Below, one piece after another: positions 11,985 to 25,312 of a stretch of DNA of 64,000 bases. The notes below the pieces were generated by a model that saw only the letters and a list, made by a program, of their open reading frames with translations, was not told where the DNA came from and searched no databases. The position numbers and the translations under genes were made by a program. The stretch's first letter is position 1. Each line of letters begins with the position of its first letter. The DNA is from Octopus vulgaris (taxonomy: Eukaryota): the NCBI GenBank assembly GCA_951406725.2, contig OX597815.1, positions 161,634,001 to 161,698,000 of the forward strand. The letters are read 5' to 3'.

Positions 11985-12400
11985 TTATTATTGAGTGAGA
12001 GAGCTGTGCATACCATCAAAGTGACACTGGAGTACAAATATATGAAGCCCAATATACCCATCATGATTACCTGTCTGATAAGGATACACCAGGCACATGC
12101 ATCACTGCCATATGTGTGCGACATGGTGAGCTTATATCAAGATAAACAGCATATGACCTTGCAGGTAGGGGCTCAGTTAGAATTTTTTCAGATCAAGTAG
12201 CCCATCCCACTCAAAAGGTCCTTGATTTAGGGTTGTTTAAGGATGATGAACAAAACACTCATGTCTCCAGAGGTGAATTATTCAAACCCCAATGAATTAC
12301 TCTCAACACATAGCTATGATGCTCCCCCACTAATACTGCTCATGATTAGAGATGCACATATCGTCAGCCACTAAGGGACATGCTCAAGTGGTTAAGGTCA
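11985..12400 (-). mobile_element. Unclassified retroposon-like repeat with a (TAA)n tail
   Basis: GC-richer block bounded by att and atc repeats; family not resolved. Confidence 0.35.
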
Positions 12401-12415
12401 TCATCATCGTCATCA

Positions 12416-12456
<41 letters not shown>

Positions 12457-12670
12457 GGATTCACTGATTTACTGAAGGGTCAGAAAAATTCTTTGATGCA
12501 ATAGTTCTGGCTCTTTACATCCTGAGTTTAAATTCCAGTGAGGTCAACTTTACCTTTCATCCTTTTTGAGCTCATTAAAATAAGTATCAGTTGAATACTG
12601 GGTCATGTTCAACTGGTACATATTTTATCAAAATTTCAGGTCTTATTTCTATTATAGAAAGGTTTGTTAC

Positions 12671-12701
<31 letters not shown>

Positions 12702-12702
12702 T

Positions 12703-13195
12703 ATTGTCTTTGCACAGCTTCTAATGCTGGAGATGTACTACAGTGTCAGCTGTTCACTACCAGTGAACTAAGGCAACATCTCTTATTTTTCAAGCACCTT
12801 CTGGAGTATTTGAGTGGTTCCAAGTAGTGCTGTTTTCTGCTAGTGCTCCACCCTTATTGCAGCCCCTATTTGTTCTACCTACTTCTCAAGATTTTTACTC
12901 ACTGTTCCCAGGGTTCTGACAATTATTGGTACTACTGCTACCTTTTTCCTCGACCACAACGCTTCACTTCCCAAGCTAACCTGTCAAATCTCTCGACTTT
13001 TCTTTCTTTCTTATCGCATACTTTGTTGTTAGCTGGGCATGCTATATCTATGATCTAGCAGAGTTTTCTTTCTCAATTAAGACTATGTCTGGCTTCCTAT
13101 TCTGTATCTCATGGTCTCACTGAATCATAAAATCCCATAGGATCTTTGCATTTCTATTTTCGATGGTGCCTTCAGGTTTGTGGTCGTAGAAAAGA
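12703..13195 (-). pseudogene. 3' end of an R4/Dong-like non-LTR retrotransposon (RLE endonuclease) inserted in (TAA)n
   Basis: Translates to PEGTIENRNAKILWDFMIQ..NRKPDIVLI..IIDIACP..VVPIIV..LGTVSKNL..KTALLGT; (ATT)n on both flanks. Confidence 0.8.
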
Positions 13196-13225
13196 TTATT
13201 ATTATTATTATTATTATTATTATCA

Positions 13226-13269
<44 letters not shown>

Positions 13270-13701
13270 ACTAGTTGATGTAATTGACTTCACCACACCT
13301 CTAATATGCTGGCATTGTGCCAAAATAAGAAATGATTATTAAGACTAGTGGATAGGCAGAATCATTAAAGCCTCAGATAAAATGCCTTGCATCATTTGTT
13401 CTAAGTTCAAATTCATCAAGATCGACTTTGCAATTGAACCCACTGAGACTGAAAAAACAAAGAAACCATCAAGTGCTACTGTACTAACCCCACCACCTTT
13501 AAAAAATTTCAGGCCTTATGCTTGTGCTAGAAACGATTATTTGAAAGAGGTTGTGTGGTGGACAAGGCCAAAAGGATTGGTCAAACTCTCAATGGCTTTT
13601 TAAAATTCCACTTCAAAAGGAAAGTGAGGTTGGTGAGAGAAGTACTTTCTCCCAATGAATTTGTCAAACCAGTTAGTGACAGTGGCAGACATGGTTATCG
13701 T

Positions 13702-14026
13702 GAAGGAAGTTGTGTATTGGAGAAAAACAGTTGGGCAAGGGATTGTATTTTGGAAGGTCAGGGTGATCCTAGATCTGTAGGGTTTCTTGTTTGGCTCTTG
13801 ATAGAGTTTCTCCTATATGGAGAGAACTGTATCATAGATGTATTCACATAGTTTATATATGGTTAGTAAAGGAAGTTGTGTATTGGAGAACAACTATTGG
13901 GCAAGGGATTGTGTTTTGGAAGGTCAGGGTGATCCTAGATCTGTAGGGTTTCTTGTTTGGTTCTTGATAGAGTTTCTCCTTTATGGGGAGAACTGTATCA
14001 CAGATGTATTCACATAGTTTATATAT
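13702..14026. repeat. Tandem duplication of a ~165-bp unit
   Basis: aaggaagttgtgtattggagaa...gtattcacatagtttatatat at ~13702-13860 and ~13868-14026. Confidence 0.85.
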
Positions 14027-14051
14027 TAGAATTGTCATATATATTTCCTAG

Positions 14052-14278
14052 AGAGCTGGCAGAAACGTTAGCACGCCGGGCGAAATGCGTAGCCATATTT
14101 CGTCTGCCGTTACGTTCTGAGTTCAAATTCCGCCGAGGTCGACTTTGCCTTTCATTCTTTCGGGGTCGATTAAATAAGTACCAGTTACGCACTGGGGTCG
14201 ATATATTCGGCTTAATCTGTTTGTCTGTCCTTGTTTGTCCCCTCTATGTTTAGCCCCTTGTGGGCAATAAAGGAATAA
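14052..14278 (+). mobile_element. Young SINE family B copy with a ~14-bp TSD
   Basis: tatatatttcctag on both sides; CpGs intact. Confidence 0.85.
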
Positions 14279-14374
14279 TATATATTTCCTAGCTATGCAA
14301 ACAGAATCATACAGAAGTATCTGCTTTGTTTAGTTAAAAAATGCAGTTATACTATCTAGTTTTCAATTTGTGAT

Positions 14375-15042
14375 TCATCATCATCATTGTCATTGAACAC
14401 CCGCTTTTCATGCTGGCATGGGTTGGACAGTTTGACTAAGGACTGGCAAGCTGGGAGGCTGCACCAGGCTCCAATCTGATTTGGCAAGGTTTCTACAGCT
14501 TGATGCCCTTTTTAATGCCAACCACTCTGGGATTGTAGTGGGTGCTTTTTACATGCCACTGACATGGGAGCCAGTCAGGTGCCACTGTCATTAACCACAC
14601 TCGACTGGCGCTTTTTACATGCCACCGGCACGGGTACCAGTCAGGTGGCACTAGCATCAGTCACAGTTGAATGGGAGCCAGTCAGGCAGCACTGGCATCG
14701 ACCATGCTCAGATGGTGCTTTTTATGTTCCACTGGCACAGGTGCCAGTCAGGCAGCACTGGTATCGGTCATGCTTGAAGGGTGCTTTTTATGTGCCACTG
14801 GTATGGGAGCCAGTCAGGAAGCACTGGCATTTGACACACTCAAATGGTGCTTTTTACGTGCCACCGGCACTGGTGGCAGTCATGTGGCAATGGCATCAGC
14901 CACAACTATGATTTCACCTGGTTTATGAGGTCTTCACAAGCACGGCATATTACCCAACGATTGAAGGGTACTTTTAAATGGAGCAATTATGTGACACTGA
15001 CATCAGCCACAGATACAATCTCACATGGCTTGCCTAGTCTTA
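14375..15042 (-). mobile_element. RTE-type 3' UTR element (older subfamily) with ~60-bp subrepeats
   Basis: catcatcatc..cgcttttcatgctggcatgggttggac tail; repeated ggtgctttttatgtgccactgg..gccagtcagg. Confidence 0.7.
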
Positions 15043-15664
15043 CGGTAAATAAATATTGGATGAATATGTATTATATGAAAGAATATAAGTGGTGAATTAG
15101 TAGATGCATCAGACAAAATATCATATAATATTTATTCTTGCTTCCTGTAATCTGAATTCAGTTCCTGCCAAGGTCGACTTTGCCTTTCATCCTTTCAAGG
15201 TTGATAAGCAGAACACCAGTATAGAGTAGTGGATTCTTGGAATCTTTAGAGTATCAGACAGGAAGCTTTGCAATATTTATTGAATTCTTTGTATTCCAAA
15301 TTCTGAATCCTACTGTGGTCTGCTTGGAGCATAAACTGAAAAATAATTTGTTGTCCAGTTTAATACAGCTACTCGCCACCTGCCCTGGTAAATTTATCAG
15401 ATCCCACTTGATGGCAATTATTCAAGGCAGGTTTTCAATCTGAGGGTATCTTCTTTCCTCTCTCCCAACAGCCTCAGTGGCCTTGAGGTTTGTCCTTCGT
15501 TTTGACTAAATGTAAAAAGAAATTCATCCTCAAGGGGCTGAGAAGATCACAAGCATTGGCCCTTCCACCAAGTAAAACAAGAATTACTGAATGCACGATG
15601 TTTTGAAAATCATTAAACCTTCTATACAATAATTATGTGGGGTGAGGGGGAGACAACCATGCTG

Positions 15665-16080
15665 TTCTTTTACTCTATTACATGTTTCAGTCATTTGACT
15701 GCGGTCATGCTGGAGCACCACATTGAAGGGTTTTATCTAAAGAAATTGATCCTAGTACTTATTCTTTGTAAGCCTATTACTTATACTATCAGTCTGTTTT
15801 GCTGAACCACTGAGTTATGGGGACATAAACACACCAACATCGGTTGTCAAGTGATGATGGGGGGACAAACACAGACACAAAGACACACACATACATAAAT
15901 ACGTATACATATATATGGTGGGCTTCTTTCAGTTTCCGTCTACCAAATCCGCTCCCAAGGCTTTGGTTGGCCTGAGGCTATAGTAGAAGACACTTGCCCA
16001 AGGTGCCACAGAGTAGAACTGAACCCAGAACCATGTGGTAAGGGGAGCAAGCTTCTTACCACACAGCCATGCCTGTGCCT
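15665..16080 (-). mobile_element. SINE family A, full length
   Basis: Reverse complement of the 7436-7838 family. Confidence 0.8.
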
Positions 16081-16648
16081 GTGTATATAAACAGACAGAA
16101 AGGTTTTATTATTTTCCTTGTAACTGTATTTATTGCTGTCAGTTTCTTCAGCCTCAGTGCAAAGAGATTTTAAAATTAATTTCCAGTGTTCTGAGAGTTA
16201 CTGCATGAATTATTCAACTGATTAACATTGGGAAACCTAATGAGAGAATTGCAGAGAAATATCAACTCAACTGGCTGAACATATAACAACGTATCTCGTT
16301 TCATATAAGTGCAACTGAGGACAGTCATAACTAGATATGATAATTAGGAGGAGTTCAAAAGTATGATGAATGGCTGCAACAATCGCTGAACACAATATCA
16401 TCAAGAAAACAATGGTTAAACGCTAAAACATCAAAATAACAACAGATAAATGCAACATAATCAACAAGACACTGTTTGAACATAAACAACGGATAAGCAC
16501 ATTCTGATCAAGGCTGAAAAGTATGATTAATGCAAATAATTGATGGACATAACTTGACCAATAAAATATTAAATGAGCACAAAAGGTTCACTGAAACAAT
16601 AAGTGAATACAATATTGTATAGACAGTGATAACTGAACACAATGGAAT

Positions 16649-16697
<49 letters not shown>

Positions 16698-16744
16698 TGT
16701 GCACATATCATCATCATCATCATTGTTGTCTTCGTATTCATTAT

Positions 16745-17022
16745 TGTCATCATCATGATTTAAAGTCCATTTTCCATGCTGGCATGAGTTGGCTGGTTTG
16801 AGCAGATCCAGCAAACTAAAGAATGGTGCCAAGCTCAAGTGTCAGCTTTGGCATCATCATCATCGTTTAACGTCCGCTTTCCATGCTAGCATTGGTTGGA
16901 CGATTGACTGAGGGCTGGCAAGCCAGATGGCTGCACCAGGCTTCAATCTTGATCTAACAGAGTTTCTACAGCTGGATGACCTTCCTAATGCCAACCACTC
17001 CGAGAGTGTAGTGGGTGCTTTT
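16745..17022 (-). mobile_element. Two adjacent RTE-type 3' tail fragments
   Basis: Two catcatc..ttaa.gtcc..tttccatgct.gcat motifs. Confidence 0.7.
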
Positions 17023-17030
17023 AGTTTATC

Positions 17031-17284
17031 AAAATGACAGGGAAATAAGAAATTATGTCATAAACTTTATTAGCTTCCAGTTGTTTCTGCTACAAAGACA
17101 CAATGCACTCATTGTAAAATGCTTGTGTATCACCCTATAGCTTCATCAGAGCTTCAAAAATGAAGTACCATTCATTTTTGAAGCTCTGATGAAGCTCTAG
17201 GTTGATGCACAAGCATTCACCTATGAGTGCATTGTATCTTATAGCAGAAACAGCTAACATAATTTCTAATTCCTTTGTCATTTT
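17031..17284. repeat. ~255-bp fold-back palindrome (6-nt loop 17165-17170) with a decayed long-stem-II hammerhead in each arm
   Basis: cttcatcagagcttcaaaaatgaa-gtacca-ttcatttttgaagctctgatgaag centre; CTGATGA...GAAAca on both strands. Confidence 0.8.
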
Positions 17285-17584
17285 AATCTCTTATATATAC
17301 ACACTCACACACACACACACACACACAAAACAATAGTTGAACACATCCTGCTCAATGCCACAATATCATAACATAACATGATCAATGCAGCAACAACTGA
17401 TTGTAACATGGACAAGCACATGAGAAGATTCCTAAATTGACCAACACTACAATAGAGGATCACAACACTGACCAACACAATTGCTGGAAACAAAACCAAA
17501 ACAATGATACTGTCTTGAATAACAACAATTGCTGAAGAAAAAAAAGGAAAAAAAAAAATGGATTCTAAATTATTTCCAAGATAA

Positions 17585-17930
17585 AATGAAGTCAGTATGT
17601 TCTGCTGGATGGATAATGTCAGTGTACATATACAAGAGAGTGTAAGGGATTTTAGAGAAAAACTAGGAAAACAAGGCATCAGATGAAGTATGTAAAAGAG
17701 AAGAATATGATGGTATGGTCATGTAATGCATATGAATGAAGACAGCTGCATCAAGAAGTGCTGATCTCTCACTGCAGGCGGAATGAGTGAAAGGGGTAGA
17801 CCCAGGAAAACATGGGATGAAGTGCTGACAAATTAGCTTCAGATGTTAGGCTTCACAGAGGGGATGAGAGAGGACGGAAACTTCTAGTGGTTTTCTGTGC
17901 TTCAGAAGATATGTCAAGCTAAGTGAAATT
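17585..17930 (+). pseudogene. RTE LINE RT C-terminal fragment
   Basis: WYGHVMHMNEDSCIKKC...RGRPRKTWDEVL. Confidence 0.75.
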
Positions 17931-18029
17931 GTGTCCTTACATACAGACATGTCCCTTGAATCTATCTTTAGCTGAGCAATCCTAATCTTGTGGGCTTGTG
18001 GGTGATGGTTCCTCATAAAAAGCACCCAT

Positions 18030-18620
18030 GTCTATTCTTTTCTAGGCACATGCCCCGAAATTTTGGGGGAGGTGGCCAGTCGATTAGATCTACCCCAGTA
18101 CACAACTGGTACTTAATTTATCAACCCCGAAGGGATGAAAAGCAAAGTCAACTTTGGCGGAATTTAAACTCAGAACATAAAGACAGACAAAATACCTATT
18201 TCTTCACTACCCACAAGGGGCTAAACACAGAAAGGACAAACAAGGACAGACAAATGGATTAAGTCGATTTTATCGACCCCAGTGCGTAACTGGTACTTAT
18301 TTAATTGACCCCGAAAGGATGAAAGGGAAAGTTGATCTCGGCAGGAATTTGAACTCAGAACGTAGTGGCAGGCGAAATACCGCTAAGGGCACACTAACGT
18401 TTCTGCCAGCTCACACCCATGCCAGTGGCACATAAAGGCGCCTGTACCTATGCTGTGTAAAAGCACCCAGTACATTCTGTGAAATGGTTGGTGTTAGGAA
18501 GGGCATCTAACCATAGAAACCTTAACAAAACAGACATGGAGCCCAGACAGCTCTTCAACTGGCCGACTCCTCTCAAACCAGGAGGGAAAACAGATGTTTG
18601 ATGATGATGATGATGATGAC
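18030..18620. mobile_element. SINE family B dimer (minus, 18030-18412) followed by an RTE-type tail (plus, to ~18620)
   Basis: Family motifs as above; (atg)n tail. Confidence 0.7.
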
Positions 18621-19089
18621 AACAACTATGGGGACGAGGAGGAGAAGTTGGAGGAAAATATACTTGTAATTAATTAAAACACAAAATAGCTGCCATTTGC
18701 CAAAACATATCTTTGAGAATTTTACAATTTATGGAAGAAAACATGATTACTGTCTGACATTAGAGTAAATAAAGTGATGGAGGAAATAGTAAGAAAATTG
18801 GGGTGGGGTAGGAGAATGTTAAAGAGAGAGAGACTTGGGTAGGAGAAATGTATTCTTTTAGAGAGGTAAACAGGAAAATATTTCAATATTTCGATTTCCA
18901 TGAAAAGGATAAAAAAAAAAGCAGAAAAAAGTAGAAAATAAAAATATAAAGTTAAAAAAAAATCTAGTTCCATTTCTTGGGGAAAAATAACGATATAAAC
19001 AAAACTAATATCAAAGGGAACCATTACGTGTTGCCTAAAAATGGAAAACCAACAGATATAATAAATTTATATAGTGCATGTGTGTGTCT

Positions 19090-19150
<61 letters not shown>

Positions 19151-19167
19151 TAGACAGACAGACAGAC

Positions 19168-19237
<70 letters not shown>

Positions 19238-19238
19238 G

Positions 19239-19287
<49 letters not shown>

Positions 19288-19304
19288 GTATGTATGTATG
19301 TATG

Positions 19305-19358
<54 letters not shown>

Positions 19359-19385
19359 TATGTGTGTACATACACACACACACAC
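19090..19385. repeat. Compound TA/TAGA/CAGA/TATG/CA microsatellite
   Basis: Direct sequence. Confidence 0.95.
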
Positions 19386-19989
19386 CATGCACAGCCACCA
19401 CACACTGACGTGAACAAAATCATATGTAGATAGATATATCTGTTAGAAGTGAGTTATTACTGGAGTTATTAGGAATGATGGTGAAGTCTATAAATGCTTT
19501 AAGTTTTTATATCAGATTTTATGTATTAGTGAGTGATGGTTTAGTCTACATTAATGTAAATGATTTGATTGATGGAATCAGATATTACAATACACTACCA
19601 GAATCCAATTTGAGTGGCTGTAAATGAATGTCAGAGGTGATATTCCAGGGTGTTTGGGCTAAATTTCACAGTTTGCATAATAGGAAAAGAAAACACAATA
19701 TTAATGTATTTCAAGATAGTCTTTGCACTATGTATTCATTCTTCACTTGTTTATTATTATTATTCTTATTTTATCCTATGTCTATTGTCTGGAAATCTTT
19801 CATCACACATTTGTGACCTCTTCAGCAACTCTTCTATCCATGTGTATTTTCCTGGTCTGTTTTAGTTCATTCTGATGAAAGATTGGACAATGGACACCAA
19901 ATTGTCTGTTTTGGCATGATTTTTATAACTGGATGCCTTGGTATGTATGGCAAAAAACATTTAGGCTCCTTTCTCTAATGTTTTACATA

Positions 19990-20450
19990 CTCTTTACTCT
20001 TTTACTCTTTTACTTGTTTCAGTCATTTGACTGTGGCCATGCTGGAGCACCGCCTTTAGTCAAGCAAATTGACCCCAGGACTTATTCTTTGTAACTCTAG
20101 TACTTACTCTATCAGTTTCTTTTGCCAAACCTCTAAGTTATGGGGATGTAACATACCAGCATTGGTTGTCAAGTGATGTTGGGAGGACAAACACAGACAC
20201 ACAAACATATACACACACACATATATATATATATATATGAATATATACGCACACATACACACACACATATATATATACATGTATATGACGGGCTTCTTTC
20301 AGTTTACATCTACCAAATCCACTCACAAGTCTTTGGTCAGCCCAAGGCTATAGTAGAAAACACTTACCAAAGTTACCACGCAGTGGGACTGAACCCAGAA
20401 CCATGTGGTTGGTAAGCAAGCTACTTACCACACAGCCACTCCTATGCCTA
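19990..20450 (-). mobile_element. SINE family A, full length
   Basis: Reverse complement of family consensus with (tttactct)n tail. Confidence 0.8.
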
Positions 20451-21383
20451 TACTTACCACACAGCCTCTCTTACGCCTATAGTTCAACTTATACAGGTTA
20501 ATGTGTGGAAAACAAAATAGAAATTTTAAAAGACATTTCTAAAATGCTAGTTTTTAAACATCGAATGGCTGTGGGAGTCCACCAGAATAAAATAGTTATC
20601 AAAGAGGTCCATAAATAAAAAATGGTTGAGAACCCCTGACCTAACCCATGGAGAGTGGACATTAAATGACGATGATGATGATGATGATGAATATTATAAT
20701 CTGCAATGCTGTTATACTAAAGAATGTTAACATGTTCTAATGTCAGCAGAGCATTGATATCACTAATGTAATATCAGTAACAAAGTTCAGCATTTTCTGT
20801 GTATTAAGACAATAGGATGTGTATTGTACAATATCACTGTGTACAGTTATTGCTTATGCACTGTTGTGGTGGTCAATTGTTATTATTTCAAACATCGTGC
20901 TGTGATGTGTTATTGTTGAATTTAATCATGTTGGTATATTATAATGGTGTGTTCAATTATTGTTGTACACATTATGATGCGTTTGGTCATAGTGCTTCGT
21001 TATTGTTGTGCATAATATATAATACTTTCAGGAATTGCTACAGATATCATGTTGTGCGCAACTATTGTTGTATATACAATGATGATGATGATAATGATGA
21101 TGATGACGACGGCGATGATGATCATTCCCATGACGACAATGTTCAGGTCGTAATCATCGTCATTGACATTTTCATCATCATCACTGTCCTCATCATCATC
21201 ATCACCACCATTATTTTACATCCACTTTCCATGTTAGCATGGGTTTGATGAGTTGTTACAGTCAGAGACAGTTCTTATTTGAAGTTACACTCTCCTTAGA
21301 AGAGTCAAAAGACTACACTTGACATGCATGCACATGCGAATATATGTGCGTGTGTGTGTGTGTGAGTGTGCATTATAACTGTC

Positions 21384-21465
21384 ATCTCTGATGAGTGCAG
21401 GATTACATAATTGGATGTTACCTAACACACCATTGAACTCCTAATGCAAAACCAATTGGTAAGAT
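21384..21465 (+). ncRNA. Decayed type I hammerhead motif (GAAA reads AAAA)
   Basis: atct-CTGATGA-(53 nt)-aAAA-ccaattgg-TA-agat; palindromic stem III, GUA triplet. Confidence 0.55.
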
Positions 21466-22125
21466 CGGCCGTAATGGATATATGATACAGTACACTTCGA
21501 TTAATATACATCTATATATATATATATATATATTAATTTACGAAGGTGTCATTAATTCTATTATTATCCAATATAACTATTTTGATAATAATAATAGAAT
21601 TTATGACACCTTCGTAAATTAATTTTTGAATTATTTTTCTCGTAAAAATACTTATTATGTCCTTTAATTAATTTTATATATATATATATGACAGGTTTCT
21701 TCTCTCTCAAAGCTTTGGTCAATCTGAAACAGTAGTAAAAGAAATTTGTCCAAAGTGCCATGCAACAGGACTGAACTCAAAACCACATGGTCAGGAAGCA
21801 ACCTTCTTAATTGCACAAACATGCCTATCTCATATTATGTTGTATTATTTGTTGTGTGTGTCATGAAATGTTCAGCTATTGTTTTAGGCTATGGAGTTCA
21901 TGTGCAGAGTGTTTATAAACATAATGTATTTTACCTTATATTTGCAACCACTAGTCCCAACAGTGGAATCAAAATATATTTGTGTGCGTGTGTGTGTGCG
22001 TGCGTGTGTGCATGATAGTAAGGATGTGTGTACAGATTACACACACATGCACACATACAAACACAAGCATATACACACATATGCACACGTACACACACAT
22101 ACACACACACATATATACATGCATA

Positions 22126-22163
<38 letters not shown>

Positions 22164-23333
22164 TATACATATATGTATATATATATATGTATGTATGTAG
22201 ATATGTATATGCGTGTGTATATGTGTGCATGTGTATATATGTGTGTGTGTGTGTATATATAGACATACACAAATACATATATGTGTGTATATAGACACAC
22301 ACCACCACACACCACATTCGCTTCCATTTACATATATATATATATATATATATATTGCATACATATGTGCATTTATGCATGCATACACACACGCACACAT
22401 ATTGTAAAGATTATTATTGAGAAAAAAAACATACATTGTATTATTATTATTATGTATATATTCTTTTCTACATTTGATATTTTTGTGTTAGTTTTCTTTA
22501 TTGACAAGATCAGAAAGCATTTTTGTTCTCTCTTTGTACATCTTTGCATAATTTTTGTTTACTTGTTTTTTTTTTGTTTTTTTCCTCTCAATATTCTAGT
22601 CTTGTCTATCTTGATTCTATCAATAACTCAGTCCCAAACTCTCAGTTATTTCATTATTGACTAGCTATAGACTTTGCTGAAGGATATCCATGCTTACTGG
22701 CAAAATTATGTGCTTTGGAAAAAATTGATAAATATGAGCATTTCATGAACTAAATAAATACTCATCGACCCACACGCAAACGAGTGATTTAGAAAAACTT
22801 CCAAAATTTTTATTGGTGCGTGATTTTATCTTTGTAAATGTGCGTCTGTTTGATAAACTACTGGTATATATTTTCTTTGTTCTGTTTCTTATGTGAACGC
22901 CACTTTATCTGTGTTTAAGGATGTATACTTCTATAAAAATAAGAAATCATAGAACATTTTGTGCTACATTTACTGATTGAGAGATATGTGATGGTCAATG
23001 TCCTGTTTATGTCAAGTATAAGGTTAACATTAAAGTATCTATTTAAAATGATGTAATATAACAGTTAACTTCTGAGCAAATTCAATCAATGATTAGGTTT
23101 TTGAATCCTAGTTGTGACTTGTTTTAGTTTTTGTTGTTGCTGTCGTTGTTGTTGTTACAGTGTGGGTGGGGCTGTTTGGTAAGAAGCTTCCCAACTACAT
23201 GGTTCCAACTTCAGTCCCACTATGTGACATCTTGAACAAATGTCTTCTACTATAGACCCATGGTGACCAAAGCCTTGTGAACGGATTTGATAGATAGAAA
23301 CTGAAGCCTGTTTATATATATATATATATATAA

Positions 23334-23369
<36 letters not shown>

Positions 23370-23370
<1 letters not shown>

Positions 23371-24145
23371 TTCAGATGAATATGGTACTTAAGTTAAAGG
23401 CACCAGAATTTGGTTTGGTATTATCCATATAAGTCAAATGGGGTGATTATAATCAAAATAAGCAACAAGGATATCCAAAGTAGTGTAGTACAATGATTTT
23501 TATATTTTCTATCCTTTTATAAGATATTAAAATTTACTGGAATCCTTTGGAAAACTATCTAAAGTATATTTATCTAAAATTCAAAAGCAGAATTATGGCT
23601 GTTAAATGGTAAGGGACATTAGAAACCTCTAGAGCATTAGTAGTCTCTATTCTCCCTACCCCACTAACTTCGGCCTACTAACATTTGCTATAATACATTC
23701 AAATATGCCTAAGGTAAATTCCTCTAAATGAGGATGGATTTATGGCTTTGACATTTGTACTACCCCTTCTTCTATCTATAAATAGAAAAAATTCTTGTTT
23801 GTCTCCATTGAACCAAGAATGGAAACCACCTCCCCACTGATAGATCTAAATAACAAAGTGAACTGAGTGATAAAAAATCTACAGATGGAGAAGGACATAC
23901 TACCACCATGTTCTTAATGATGAAATTAACCTCTCTGTCTATATATCTACCCTCTTTGTAATGTTGGCAAATGAAATAAGTATAAAAATGTGCAGTGTCC
24001 ATTTAATTAAAAAATTTTTAAATATGTGGCTGAAGATTGCTCGACATTTTAAAACTGATGTAATACTTACAGTGTTTAATAAAATGAAGTAGCATGAAAC
24101 GATTGTACTACACTACCTTGGATATCCGTTGTTGCTTATTCTGAT

Positions 24146-24148
<3 letters not shown>
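23370..24148. mobile_element. Non-coding Penelope/Naiad-related fragment with inverted pLTR-derived ends
   Basis: 23375-23500 is homologous to pLTR 34650-34777 (gcaccagaa..tggtatta.ccata..tggggtgattataa..aagcaacaag); 23449-23500 is inverted at 24096-24148. Confidence 0.7.
24025..24112 (+). ncRNA. Type I hammerhead motif with long stem II
   Basis: tgtgg-CTGAAGA-t-tgct...agca-t-GAAA-cgattg-TA-ctaca; GUA triplet, predicted cut after 24107. Confidence 0.7.
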
Positions 24149-24178
<30 letters not shown>

Positions 24179-24240
24179 ATCTATGTATCTATATATCTAT
24201 CTATCTATATATATATATATATATATATACATACATACAT

Positions 24241-24336
<96 letters not shown>

Positions 24337-24802
24337 TAAACATTTAATGTCTATTTTCTATGCTGGCATGGATTAGATCATTTGACTGGAGCTGGTAAAT
24401 TGGAGAGCTGCACCAGGCTCCAATCATGTTTTGATATGGTTTCTATGGCTGGATGCCCTTCCTAATGCCAACCACTCTACAGAGTGTATTGAGTGTCTTT
24501 TACATGTCACTAGCATGGTTTTCATATACATGTCACTGGCACAGGTACCTTTTGTGTGTGTGTGTATATATATATTATCATGATATGTATATATATATGG
24601 GCCACCTTCAGTCATGGCCGACCATGGGTATCATGTTTGTCCATTTATTGTCTAGGTCGGGTTACTCAGCTTGAGCAGTGTCTCCTGTGGCTATGGAGAC
24701 CAATGCGAGAATAACAGTCTCGGCTGCATAGATCACATCTGTGTGTGGATTCTGGTCTGTCAGCTGTCAATCCCTTACATCAGCTGTTGATTATATATCT
24801 AA

Positions 24803-25312
24803 CTAGCAGTATCACCCAGCATTGCTCGGGTTTGTAAGGGAAATAACTATATAAGCATTTTTAGAGTGTTACTTCCCTTATAGATGCCAATTCGGGCTTT
24901 CTTAGCCATTTCTGTTTTGGTGTCTTCAAGCCATGAAGTCGTTGTTCTAAAAGAACGCTAGTCTCCTTGACAACGCATTACGACGTTGATTTCTTTACAC
25001 TCCCTTCCCCACAGCTTCACGAGGGAGGGAAGGGAGAGAAGCAAACAGGTGCAGCTGTGAGCGTGGACGCCAACTCCGCCGCCATCGAAACACGAAAAAT
25101 TATGCATTAAAATGGAATAAAAAATGATGTTAAATTATTTTTAAAATTGTAGACTCATCGTTGACGCGCGCTAATAGCCAGACGGGCTCGATATGAATCA
25201 CGACTATAAGATACCCGAATTTGGTTAAACTGCACTGCAAAATGTGGGAGGAGTTAGGAATCTAAATCGAAGGGGACAGACACTCACACAACTAGAGTTT
25301 TATATATATAGA
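24803..25312 (-). mobile_element. Non-autonomous Helitron
   Basis: On the minus strand: 5' a|TCtatatatataaaa ... hairpin cccgagcaatgctggg ... CTAG|t. Confidence 0.75.
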
